DNA of 64,000 bases from Squalus acanthias (lineage: Eukaryota): assembly GCA_030390025.1 (NCBI GenBank), contig CM059438.1, forward strand, positions 58,034,001 to 58,098,000, read 5' to 3'. Position 1 is the stretch's first letter; every line of letters begins with the position of its first letter. Under the pieces are notes generated by a model. It had not been told where the DNA came from and did not search any database. It saw only the letters and a program-made list of their open reading frames with translations. Positions 33,868 through 46,489 of the stretch are shown piece by piece. The position numbers and the translations under genes are program-made.

Positions 33868-35871
33868 GTAACTGGAAATATCAGTGGTAGAATTGCAATA
33901 TAGGGGGTGATAATCAGCATTGTATTAATTTTAACATCAACCTAATGTTGTACAATAAAATCTATCATGCCATAAAAGTGCAGTTCAATGGTAGTAATAT
34001 GAGTTTATATTTCACACCACTGGTTAAACAGAGCAGCAAGGTTGTAACATTAGTACATTTTAAAAAAACAGCAATTTCGACAATTATTGAGGGATGAATT
34101 CAATTAAGTTTATCTATTCAGCAATTTCAGTACTGTTACATGATAGAATTAACTGAATTTATGTCACATTCAGACTAAGCATTAATTTACAGCTGACTTG
34201 GTAAAAATACTCCAAAGCAGGATGTTTTTGATAATCACAGCAGCCAAATGGATGAAAAAGAGTGTGGGAACATAGAGGAGAACCAACAAAATTAGATAAT
34301 TCCCAAGGGTATAATTCACTGCCTATACCTAATAGTGGAGCTGTATAAGGAGGTTTTGGCTTCCCAGGGAGGCACTTTCATCGTTGTATTCATGATTTCA
34401 GGAAAAGTGTATCATATGAAAATCCATCTGCTCTGCCTGTCGCTGAGAAAGTCACATCAGATGTCACTTTCCTTGGAACAGGATCCTTCCAAACAGCCAT
34501 TGTATAAGGTACTATTAGGGTGGATTTTCCTGGGCTTAGTGCCTGAAAAAACAATTGCTAAGCACAGAAAATTGGGCACTAATCCTTTGTGTGTGTCCCC
34601 ATCCCACCGCCCCGCCCTTCACCTGACTAGCACTGCGCCCTAATTTCCTGCATGGCTTTTCAGGTAGTTGCACCTGACTGTGCCGGAAGAGGGTATAACA
34701 ATGTAAATTATGTGTAAATGAATGCCAGATGCCTCTACACACAAATTTCCTTTGTGTTCAGGTACAGTTCAGGGGCAGACTGCCCCATAAAAACTTGGCA
34801 TTACTGCCAGCAGAGATGCAAAAGGGCAGACTGCTATCATCGAGAAAGATATTTCTATTTTAGATCTAGTATTGTTCAACGAGACAGGCCTAATTAATAA
34901 CCTTGTAGTAAAGGAGCCTCTGGGGAAGAATGATCATAATATAATAGGATTTTACATTGAGTTTGAGAGTGATTTAGTTAAGACCAAAACTAGGGTCTTA
35001 AATCTGAACAAAGCAAACTACATAGGTATGAGGGGAGAGTTGATAGATTGGAAAACTAGATTAAAAGATAAGCAATGGCAAACATTTAAAGAAATAATTC
35101 ATAATTCACAACAATTATACATTCCCTTAAAGAATACAAACTCCACAGGAAAAGTGGTCCAACCATGGCTAATAAGAGAAGTTAAAGATTGTAGTAGATT
35201 AAAGGAAGAGGCTTATAATGTTGCCAAAAAGTGTAGTAAGCCTGAGGATTGGGAGGATTTTAGAATTCAGCAAAAGAGGACCAAGAAATTGATAATGAAA
35301 GAGAAAATAGAATATGAGAGTAAACTAGCAAGAGACATAAAAACAGGTTGTAAAAGCTCCTATAGGTATGTAAAAAGGAAGATATTAGCAAAAGTAAATG
35401 TGGGTTCCTTAGAGGCTGAGACAGGAGAAATTATAATGGGAAATAAGTAAATGGCAGAAACATTAAACTTTGTATCTGTCTTCACGGTAAAAGACACAAA
35501 AAAAAAATCCGGAAATAGTGGGGAACCAAGGGCCTAGTGAGAATGAGGAACTTAAAGAAATTAGTATTAGTAAAGAAATAGTGCTGGAGAAATTAATGGG
35601 ACTGAAAGCCGACAAATCTCCTGATGCCCTTACATCCTAGGGTTTTAAAAGAGGTGACGACAGAGATGGTGGATACATTGGTTTTGATCATCCAGAATTC
35701 CTTAGATTTTAGAACGGCCCCTGTGAATTGGAAGATAGCAAATGTAACCCCACTATTTAAGAAAGAAGGGAGAGAGAAAACAGGGAACTATAGGCCAGCT
35801 AGCCTGACATCAGTAGTAGGGAAGAATCTATTATTAGGGACGTGATAACAGGGAACTTAGTAAATCATAAT

Positions 35872-36641
35872 GGCCCAGAAATTCCGGTCGGAGGCTTCCC
35901 GCGGGCATAAGCCCCCGACCTGCACAAACGAACCGCGCCGACCGTAATGCTCTGGGCCGGCGTAGAATTCCGTTGATGTGCCTTCTCAAACTGCCGGTGT
36001 GCAGGGCACGCGTATCCCAGGGGCGCAGCTAGTTCGCAGTGTCCCTGGGATCACGTGGGCCATGGGGAGCCAATCAAAGCAGGGAATCTCCATTCATAGA
36101 TTTGACAGGAAGACCTGTCAAATCTATGAATAGAGATCAGCCCCAAAACATAAGTAAAACTTCAAATAAATTTTAAAAAAACATCACATTTTTAAAATGA
36201 CTATAAATTACATAAATTAACTATTTTAAACAAAAATTTAAATTTTTGAAAAAAATAATTAGTTTTTAACGGGGCTAAAAATAAACTTACCTTTCTTTAA
36301 AGTATTTTAAAATGATAAATCAGTGGAGAAAAAAAATTATTTTGCTTTCTTCACCTCTTACCTTGTTAAAAGCAGGCCTTGCACCCGCTTTTCCAGGCGC
36401 AGCTGTTTCGGACTTACCTGAACTGAAGCAACTGCTGAAAAAATCGGAAGTTGCAGCCATACGCGCTGCCTATCCGGCGCAGGCGTTTGAGCTGTGAAGC
36501 CCTTTCTTTGAAGAACAGAAGTTCCGGTTTCCAGCGCATGCGCAGTGCATGCGCAGTGCATGCGTAAAACCGGCACTTCCGTTGGGTCTACGGGTGAGTA
36601 CACAGCGCGTACACACCTTTAGGGAACGGAATTTATGGGCC
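35872..36641. mobile_element. Harbinger-type MITE
   Basis: TIR GGCCCAGAAATTCCG / CGGAATTTATGGGCC (14/15), TSD AAT/AAT. Host CR1 resumes exactly. Confidence 0.9.
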
Positions 36642-37811
36642 AATATAATTGGGCAGAGTCAACATGCATTTATGAAAGGGAAATCATGTTTGACAAATCT
36701 GTTAGAGTTTTTTGAGGTTGTAACTAGTAGAGTTGATAAGGGGGAACTAGTGGATGTGGTGTATTTGGATTTTCAAAAAGCATTCGATAACGTGCCACTC
36801 AAGAGGTTATTACCCAAAATTAGGGCTCATGGGATTGGGGTAATATATCAGCATAGATTGAGGATTGGTTATGGACAGAAAACAGAGAGTAGGAATAAAC
36901 GGGTCATTTCCGGGTTGGCAGGCTGTAACTAGTGGGGTACCGCAAGGATCAGTGCTTGCCCCTCAGCTAATTATAATCTATATCAATGACTTAGATGAGG
37001 GGACCGAGTGTAATGTAGCCCAGTTTGCTGATGATACAAAGTTAGGTGGGAAAGTAAGTTGTGAGGAGGACGCAAGGAGGCTGTAAAAGGATTTAGACAG
37101 GTTAAGTGATTGGGCAAGAACGTGGCAAATGGAATATAATGTGGAGAAATGTGAAGTTATCCACTTTGGTAGGAAAAATAGAAAATTAGAGTATATTTTA
37201 AATGGTGAAAGACTGGAAAATGTTGGCAATCACAGGGACCAGGGTGTCCTTGGATACGAATCACAGAAAGTTAACACGCAGGTACAGCCAACAATTAGGA
37301 AAGCAAATGATATGTTGGCCTTTATTACAAAGAGATTAGAGTATAAGTGTAAAGAAGTTTGCTGCAATTATATAAGGCCTTGGTGAGACCCCACCTTGAG
37401 TACCGTGTACAGTTTTGGTCTCCTTACCTAAGGAATGATAAATTTGCCTTAGAGGGAGTATAACGTAGGTTTACTAGACTGATTCCAGGGATGAGGGGAT
37501 TGTCCTAGGAGGAGAAATTGAGTAGACTAAGGGCTCGATTTTGTCATTGCGGCGGGCTGGGGGCGTGTCATCCGCTTTTCGTGTTAGCCACCCGACTCCA
37601 ATTTGATGTGGGTAAAATATGCGATTTTCCCCCTAATTGGGCAATTGATTTCCAGCGTGTTGGAACCCCTGGCCCAATTAGTCTTTCCATTCTGAAACTC
37701 GCCTCCGATGACGTCATCAATGCTGCTGGATTTAAGGCCTGCAAGCAGCCTTGCTTCTTCTGCAGACTGCAAACCTTTTGGCCTTTGCTCTGATAGTTTC
37801 TTCCAGGCAAA

Positions 37812-39813
37812 ATGTCCAGCAGTAGACCTAGGTCTGCCCCGAGGTTTGATGACGCCGCCCTGCAAGCTCTGGTGGAGGGAGCAAGAGGGAATAAGGAGGT
37901 GCTCTTCCCTTCTTCAGGGAGGAAGAAGCCTCCCCAGCAGACGAAGGCTGTGTGGATGCAAGTGGCCCAGGAGGTCAACTCCTTATCTATGTGCCGCAGA
38001 ACCTGGCTGCAGTGCAGGAAGAGGTTTCATGACCTTCTGCGCACTGGAAAAGTAAGTATAACTTTCCCATCACCCTCAATCTGATCCCCATTGCCTCTCC
38101 TCACCAGCACTCAGCTTTGACAACCTCTTCCTCCACATCCCACTTGACACTGACATCCATGGACCCTTACCCATTCCCTCTCTCTGTATGTTCACATTCA
38201 CTTAACTATTCGACTATGCAGCCCTCACACTCCCTCTCGCTGCGATGCTATGAAAACAACTTATAACACACAGGGAGGGCCCTTGGTCTTGCCACCTCAC
38301 TGAATCTTTGTCTCCTTCTAGGCATCTATGCTATGGATTCTCTACACTCACTCCTTCATTCTCACTCAAACTCCGCTTGTCTCCCTCATTGCAGGAAAAG
38401 AGAGCTCACAATAAGAGGGAAAGAGCGAGGACAGAAGGAGGGCCACCCTCAGTAGCCCAGCTCACCCCCTGGGAGGAGGCGGCCCTGGAGATCGTGGGAG
38501 TGGAGGACGATGCGCAAGTGGGGGATGGACAGATGGGTGCATCAGAGCAAGCTGGTGACAGAATAGTTTTTCATCTCTCTCATTGACATTGCATGAGTCA
38601 CTGATAATGATTCTGATGCTCTAACAGATTGACTTATGATCATCTGCAATATTCAATGTGCATGTAACCTTGGCCTCACATCTCTGACTCTTTCCTTTAC
38701 TCCCCTACGGGACCATCGAAAGCCCCCGTCCCCACTATCCAGGAGGAACAGCCTGAGCCTCCAGACACCTCAGAGGAAGCTGCAACCTCTGAGGGCGCAG
38801 CGTCAGCAGAATTCAGCGCACCCAGCACCAGCGCAGACAATCACACCTCGGTGGTACCTTCGCGAGATAGTGTAGTGTTGTCACCTGGTGTATCACAGCT
38901 CACAAGTGAGCATCAGCAGATGGTGGAGACAGGGACAGCAGTGGAGAGTCCTAGTCGGAGGGCGCAGGACTCTGCCAGCTTGGCTCAGCTGCATGTCGAC
39001 CCTCTGCCTCCGGGTCCATCCAGAAGAAGAGCGGTGCTGGAACTCCAGGAAGAGGTGCAGGAGTCTCTGGCAAGTTTTGTCTCCAGGGTCGCTGCGAGTG
39101 TGGAGCGAATGGAGGAGTCCATCGCTAACATGAGCAGAGCCTTTGTGGAGGCGTTGGCGCATCAACGCATCACCACGGAAAGGATGGCAACCTCCATGGA
39201 AAGGATGGCTACCTCCATGGTAAGGCTGGCTACCGTAGAGGAGAGGATGGCTACGGTCGAGGAGAGGATGGCTACGTCCATCGAGGTGCTAAGTCGCCAG
39301 GGTATGGAAAACATGTCATTGTTCAGAATAGACTGACATCTCTTGAGGAGCGATGGTTAGCTATTGAGCAGACAAACCAGACCTTCAGGCAAGTCCTCGG
39401 GAGTAGGACTTCCAGTACAGAAACGGGTCCTCATGGCCCCCCTGAAGTGCAGCAAGGTGCTGTCAAGCCACTTGCTAGCTCTGAAGTGGGGCTGACCCAT
39501 GAGAGGGATGTTGGTGGCAGACAACAAGGAAGTGGGGGCTCCTCTCCAAGCGCTCACTATGCCACTGAAAAGTCCTCTGTCAGAGCCCCACCAGAGTCCC
39601 CACCCAACTGAGATCGGCGTCTCAACCCCTGCAAAGCCGTAGGAGCAGCAGACTGTTGCCGAGCCCTCACAGGCTCGCAACCACAGAGGACACCCGCCAA
39701 AGGTGTTGAGACAGGAGCAGCAAGAAAGTAAGGAAGGGGCCTCCACATTTGCTGAAGCCACAGGGGAAGCACCACGTAGGAGCACGCGTAAGAGGAAGAT
39801 AATGCACAAGTAG
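37812..39813 (+). pseudogene. Harbinger Myb/SANT-like gene: exons 37812-38051, 38395-38554 and 38711-39813
   Basis: Exons 1-2 are open with canonical splice sites (PRFDDAAL...W..VA..VNS...RTWLQCRKRFHDL). Exon-3 acceptor reads CGG instead of CAG, and the frame is disrupted after 39336. Confidence 0.85.
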
Positions 39814-39938
39814 TCACAAGGGTAGTCACTTGGGTGAAATGTCATGTTTAATGGTGAAAAGCCATCAGTTGGTTATTGTAAATAAAAAATTCTGATGGCA
39901 ACTGTTGCAGTTGTGGCGTCTGTCATATCGCTAATGGG

Positions 39939-42900
39939 ACATAGAAACATAGAAGATAGGAGCAGGAGTAGGCCATTTGGCCCCTTGAGACTGCTCCATC
40001 ATTCAATGTGATCATGGCTGATCATCCAAATTCAGTACCCTGTCCCTGCTTTCTCCCCATATCCCTTGGTCCCTTTAGCCTTAAGAAATATATCTAACTC
40101 CTTCTTGAATATATTTAATGAATTGGCCTCAACTGCCTTCTGTGGTAGAGAATTCCACAGGGTGAAGAAATTCCTCCTCATCTCAGTCCTAAATGGCTTA
40201 CCCCTTAGCCTTAGACTGTGACCCCTGGTTCTGGACTCCCCCACCATCGGGAACATCCTTCCTGCATCTAGTCTGTCTAGTCCTGTTAGAATTTTATAAG
40301 TTTCAATGAGTTCCACTCTCATTCTTCTAAACTCTAGCAAATATAAGCTAATGGACCCAATCTCTCTTCATATGTCATTCCTGCCATCCCAGGTATCAGT
40401 CTGGTGAATCTTCGCTGCACTCCCTCCATGGCAAGAACATCCTTTCTCAGATAAGGCGACCAAAACTGCACACAATACTGAAGGTGTGGTCTCACCAAGG
40501 CCCTGTACAACTGCAGCAAGACATCCTTGCTCCTGTACTCGAATCCTCTCGCTATGAAGGCCAACATACCATTTGCCTTCTTAACCGCCTGCTGCACCTG
40601 CATACTTACCTTCAGTGACTGTTGCACAAGGACACCCAGGTCTCGTTGCACTTTCCCTTTCCCCAATCTATTGCCGTTCAGATAATAATCTGTCTTCCTG
40701 TTTTTGCCACCAAAGTGGATAACCTCGCATTTATCCACATTATACTGCATCTGCCATGCATCTGCCCAATCACCCAACCTGTCCAAATCATACTGGAGTT
40801 TCTCTACATCCTCCTCACAGCACACACGCCCACCCAGCTTTGTGTCGTCTGCAAACTTGGAGATATTACATCACGTTCCCTCATCTAGATCATTAATATA
40901 TATTGTGAATAGCTGGGGTCCTAACACTGATCCCTGCGGTACCCCACTAGTCACTGCCTGCCACTCGGAAAAAGACCCGTTTATTCCAACTCTTTGCTTC
41001 CTGTCTGCCAACCAGTTCTCTATCCAAGTCAGTACCTTACCCCCAATCCCATGTGCTTTAACTTTGCATGCCAATCTCTTATGTGGGGCCTTATCAAAAG
41101 CCTTCTGAAAGTCCAAATACACCACATCCACTGGTTCTCCCTTATCTATTCTACCAGTTACATCCTCAAAAAATTCCAGTAGATTAGTCAAGCATGATTT
41201 ACCTTTTGTAAATCCATGTTGACTTTGTCCGACCCTGTCACTGTTTTCCAAGTGTTCTGCTATTACATCTTTTATAATGGACTCTAGCATTTTCCCCACT
41301 ACCGATGTCAGGCTTACCGGTCTATAATTCCCCGTTTTCTCTCTACCACCTTTTTTAAATAGTGGGGTTACATTAGCTACCCTCCAATCCATGGGAACTG
41401 TTCCAGAGTCTATAGAATTTTGGAAGATGACCAGCAATGCATCTACTATTTCTAGGGCCACTTCCTTAAGTACCCTAGAATGTAGATTATCAGGCCCTGG
41501 GGATTTATCGGCCTTCAATCCCGTCAATTTCCCCAACACCATTTCCCTACATATACTGATTTCATTCAATTCCTCCCTCTGATTAGACCCTATGTTCCCC
41601 GACATCTCTGGGAGGTTATTTGTGTCCTCCTTTGTGAAGACAGAACCAAAGTATGTATTTAAATGGTCTGCCATTTCTTTGTTCCCCATTATAAATTCCC
41701 CTGATTCTGACTGCAAGGGACCTACGCTTGACTTCACCAATCTTTTTCTCTTCACATATCTATAGAAGCTTTTACAGTCAGTTTTTATGTTCCCAGCAAG
41801 CTTACTCTCATATTCTATTTTCCCCCTCTTAATTAATCCCTTTGTCCTCCTTTGCTGAATCCTAAACTGCTCCCAATCCTCAGGTTTGCTGCTTTTACTG
41901 GCAAATTTATATGTCCTCTCCTTGGATCTTATGCTATCCCTAATTTCCCTTGTTAGCCACGGTTGAGTCACCTTTTTTGTTTTATTTTTATGCCAAACAG
42001 GGATGAACAAATTCTGTAGTTCATCCATGCGATCTTTAAATGTTTGCCATTGCCTATCCACCGTCAACCCTTTAAGTAACGCTCCCCAATCCATCCTAGC
42101 CAACTCGTGCCTCATACCATCGTAGTTTCCTTTATTTAAATTCAGGACCCTAGTCTCTGAGTCAACTACTTCACTCTCCATCTTAATGAAGAATTCTATC
42201 ATATTATGATCGCTCCTCCCCAAGGGGCCTCGCACAACAAGATTGCTAATTAATCCTTTCTCATTACATAATACCCAGTCTAAGATGGCCTGATCTCTAC
42301 TTGGTTCCTCGACATTATGGTCCAGAAAACCATCCCGTATACACTCTAGGAATTCCTCCTCCACAGTATTGTTACTAACTTGGTTAGCCCAATCTATATG
42401 TAGATTGAAGTCACCCATGATAACTGCTGTGCCCTTATTGCACGCGTCTCTAATTTCCCGTTTAATGCCATCCCCAACCTCAGCATTACTGTTTGGGGGT
42501 CTGTATACAACTCCCACTAACGTTTTCTGCCCCTTGGTATTTCTCAGCTCTACCCATACAGATTCTACATCATCAGAGCTAATATCCTTCCTTACTATTG
42601 TGTTAATCTCCTCTTTAACCAGCAATGCTACCCCACCTCCATTTCCTTTTTGCCTGTCCTTCCTGAATATTGTATACCCCTGAATGTTGAATTCCCAGCC
42701 TTGGTCATCCTGGAGCCATGTCTCCGTAATCCCAATTATATCATATCCGTTTACATCCATTTGTGCAGCTAATTCATCCACCTTATTACGAATGCTCCTC
42801 GCATTAAGACACAAAACCTTCAGGCTTGTTTTTTTAACACTCTTAGTCCTTTTAGAATTATTATTTACTGTGGCCCTGTTTGATTTACACCCTTGATTTC

Positions 42901-43640
42901 TCTGCCTTCCACTTTTGCTTTTCTCCTTCCTGTCTTTTGCTTCTATCCTTGCTTCCCTTTCCTCTGTCTCCCTACACAGGTTCCCAACCCCCTGCCATTT
43001 TAGTTTAAACCCTCCCCAAGAGCACTAGCAAACACTCCCCCTAGGACATCGGTCCCGGTCCTGCCCAGGTGCAGACCATCCAGTTTGTACTGGTCCCACC
43101 TCCCCTAGAAATGGTTCCAATGTCCCAGGAATTTGAATCCCTCCCCCTTGCACCATTCCTCTAGCCACGTATTCATCTGAAATATCCTTCTATTTCTACT
43201 CTGACTAGCACGTGGCACTGGTAGCAAACCTGAGATTACTACCTTTGAGGTCCTATTTTTTAATTTACCTCCTAACTCCCTATATTCAGCTTTTAGGACC
43301 TCATCCCGTTTTTACCTATATCGTTGGTACCTATGTGCACCACGACAACTGGCTGTTCACCCTCCCACTCCAGAAAGCCCTGCAGCTGCTCCTAGACATC
43401 CTTGACCCTTGCACCAGGGAGGCAACATACCATCCTGGTGTCTCGTTTGCGGCCGCAGAAACGCCTATCTATTCCCCTTACAATAGAATCCCCTATCACT
43501 ATAGCTCTCCCGCTCTTTTTCCTCCCGTCCTGTGCAGCAGAACCACCCATGGTGCCAGGAAGTTGGCTGCTGCTGCCTTCCCCCGATAAGCCATCCCCCT
43601 CAACAATATCCAAAGCGGTATATCTGTTTGAGAGACTGCC
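39939..43640 (-). mobile_element. Young CR1 LINE: ORF1 esterase half, near-complete ORF2 and tail
   Basis: VIGDSIVRG / CLPGARVKDV (SGNH-type ORF1). 647-aa open APE-RT stretch (40871-42814), continuing in frame after one stop. Confidence 0.96.
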
Positions 43641-45659
43641 ACACTGAGGGCTTAGGATGACTTGCAATTGTCAGTATGGTGGTCAGAGTGATAGGAATCC
43701 GCAGGTGCAAGGCAAAAGTGTTTGATTCTGCAGGCTAAGCAAATCTGGCCAAGAGGAGTGCTTCCCTTGCATCCCGGGCAGCAATGTGGTCGCGCGCTGG
43801 CGCCTTCTGGCCTGTGCAGCTTCAGGTGGGTGAGCAGCAGCTTGGCGCTCCTGTTGTTGCTGCTGCTGTTGGTGGTGCTGTTGTTCATGGATCTGTTGCT
43901 GCCACGGCTGGTCTTCGTCCGAATCTGATGTCCAGGAGGAAAGGAAAGAAATGGTTCCCATGCTTCTGGTATATGCCTCAGTTGAGGAAGCGCTCATTCA
44001 AGGTGGCGAGAGGGGTTTCCCAGGAGGTCACACTGGAGATCGGTGTCAGGCTCCAAACTTCCACAACAATGGGTATGCCTGCTAAAAGTTCCCCCAGACC
44101 TGAGACAACAAAGTTCTGCCACCTGCAAATGATGATTGCTGAAAACTCCTTTTTAATGGTGGAGCTGCAGCTGTTAGTAAGCATTGCACTTGTGCTGCCG
44201 CCAGATTTCACTGGCGTGTTTCAGAGGAGATGTGAACCACGTGTGAAAAGTGTTAAAATCAGAAAGGCCTCTCAAAATGGGATTATAGAGGCACATAACT
44301 GGTTGTTAAGGGTCGTAAGGGCCTATCCCGCCTCTTGGAGGCGGGATGGAGACGGGGTCAGAAAACTTGCATTTGGGAAAATTGCTCGGAGGCGGGATGG
44401 AGGCGGGATCGGGCCCGCCCACCATTTTTCGCAATTTTAACGCCTCACCTCCAATCCCGCCTCCTCGGGCCTGGCAAAATTGAGCCCATAGTCTATATTC
44501 TCGAGAGCTTAGAAGAATGAGAGATAATCTAATTGAAACATAAAATTCTTAAGGGGCTTGGCAGGGTAGATTTTGGGAGGATGTTTCCCTGGCTGGGGAG
44601 TCTAGAACTAGGGGTCACAGTCTCAGAATAAGGGATCGGCCATTTAGGACTGAGATGAGGAGACATTTCTTCACTCAATGGGTTGTGAATCTTTGGAATT
44701 CTCTACCTCAGAAAGCTGTGAATGCTCAGTCATTGAGCATATTCAAGACAGAGATCGATCGACTTTTGGATACTAAGGAAACCAAGGGATATGGGGATAG
44801 TGCGGGAAGGTGGAGTTGAGATAGAAGATCAGCCATGATCTTATTGAATGGCGGAGCAGGCTCGAAGGGCCATATGGCTCACTCCTGCTCCTATTTCTTA
44901 TGTTCTTATGTTCTTATTAGCTCTTAAGCATTCAAAATGGTGTTGTAACTTGTTTCAGAATGCTTTACTGTTTTTTGCTTACTGATAGAGACCGTGTTCA
45001 TGACTCTGGAATCCTCCACGCCCCTCCCCATTTTGAGATGGCTTATTTGGAGATAGCTAATGAAGGACAGGAATTCTTCTTGTCCCTGACCATATAACTG
45101 CTCCATCCCGCATTGAATAAAAAGAGAAACTTCACAGTCACTCCAACATCTCTGCCTATTCCCACACAACCATTGTATACACCCAGACTTGTTTTCCCTG
45201 TTTATCTGCATTCAAAATGCACAACTAGAAGAATATAGATTTTGAACAGTGCTTTATTGTGTCTGTCTAATGCTTATCACCACAGTGCTTCCCTCTTACC
45301 CACTTTTTCCAAGGTGGTGGTTGTCTACCTATCCTAGTGCTTCTTCTAAGTGCACTTTTACTGAGAGGAAACTGGAAGAAGGGTCGCAGCTGTGTCTCTG
45401 GTAAGTGGTGCTGTGAACAAGGCGGCCTTTGATTTCACCAAGCAAGGATCCCAGATCTGAATTCTTGACTGTTGTGGGGAAAGCCTGGTCTAATCTACTT
45501 CATGGCTCTTGGACAGTCATGGGGGTTAGGGAGAGGAGTAGTGTGGAAGTGCTGCTATCCTGAAAGAGAGCAGCATCCACCATAGCCACTTCCAGCTGGT
45601 CCCTGCTGAAATCCTACATGTCACTATGCCCTCTAATCTACTGGTGCACAGACTGGAGC

Positions 45660-46372
45660 ACATCAATGACATCTTGGAAGCCTGTCCCTATCTCCTGCCT
45701 CAGATGAGGTCAGTGATCTTTTTCCATCACTGCAGCCACGAGTGATACACGTTGCTTCCAAAGTTCACTTGCTGTGCTTTTTATCCTGCCATGCTTTTCA
45801 TCCTGCTATCTTGAGCACTTTTCTCCTTGTGGTAGGATATAGCCTGCAGCAGCACATCTATGCTCTCATCATTGAAGCGGGGCACCCTTAGCCTTCCAAG
45901 CTTTCCAGAGAAGCAGTAAAACATTAATAAAGGATGCAACATGACTGGCAAGGAGAAGAGCAAGTATATTCAAGACACGCTCAGGCAACAGTACATTTTA
46001 ACATCCTGCGACAAATGTTTTAGGCAGCAAAAGATTTAAACATTCTATAAACACTTTGTAGCTTCACTAACCTGCTGACATAAACCTCAGTGCCACAAAA
46101 ATCAAAAGGTCCACAGCAGCTTCTTGTATGGAACTTTTTTTACATCAGCCTCTTTAATGAGCGTTTAAGGCCCAAATAGCACCCGGACTTCCTGTCACGT
46201 GTGAGCCTTCCACCATTGTGCGCCTCCACATGTGGCCAATATCTACCCACTGCATTATAATGTGAGCCCACAGGAAAACCATGCACTATTTTGGTCTGCC
46301 TGGTGGAGTGTACTTCCAGTGCTCTCTGCACAAATTGTCCTCCCCACAGCATCTACCCAGGAAAATCTGCCC
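45660..46372 (-). mobile_element. Highly degraded Harbinger Myb-side fragment
   Basis: RVPRFNDESIDVLLQA motif and a TIR-like GGAAAATCTGCCC end. Confidence 0.45.
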
Positions 46373-46411
46373 TGTTATATCCTATTACATTGAGTGATGC
46401 AATATTCTAGA

Positions 46412-46470
46412 ACAGTGGTTCTCAAACTGGGGTGGGGTCCGCGGAGACTTTCCAGGGGGTCTGCGAAACA
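46412..46470 (+). mobile_element. hAT/Charlie-like terminal fragment
   Basis: CAGTGGTTCTCAAACTGGGG start. A related motif recurs at about 48720. Confidence 0.45.
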
Positions 46471-46489
46471 TTGACCAATTATTCGTTGG

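Larger units (their letters stand above)
37531..44487 (+). mobile_element. Harbinger element with Myb gene, internally deleted transposase and nested CR1
   Basis: TIR GGGCTCGATTTTGTCA / TGGCAAAATTGAGCCC (14/16). Colinear with 55760-60028. Confidence 0.92.
34860..44915 (+). mobile_element. CR1 LINE split into 34860-35871, 36642-37530 and 44488-44915 by later insertions
   Basis: CR1 ORF2 motifs run in order across the gaps and end in a (TTCTTATG)n tail. Confidence 0.9.

Noticed and set aside
37812..38084. Host MSANTD/NAIF1-type gene
   Set aside because: Inside a TIR-bounded element, with at least four related Myb copies in the window and a mutated exon-3 acceptor.
40871..42814. Active CR1 ORF2
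   Set aside because: Stop just before the FADD motif, a downstream frameshift and deletion, and 5' truncation within ORF1.
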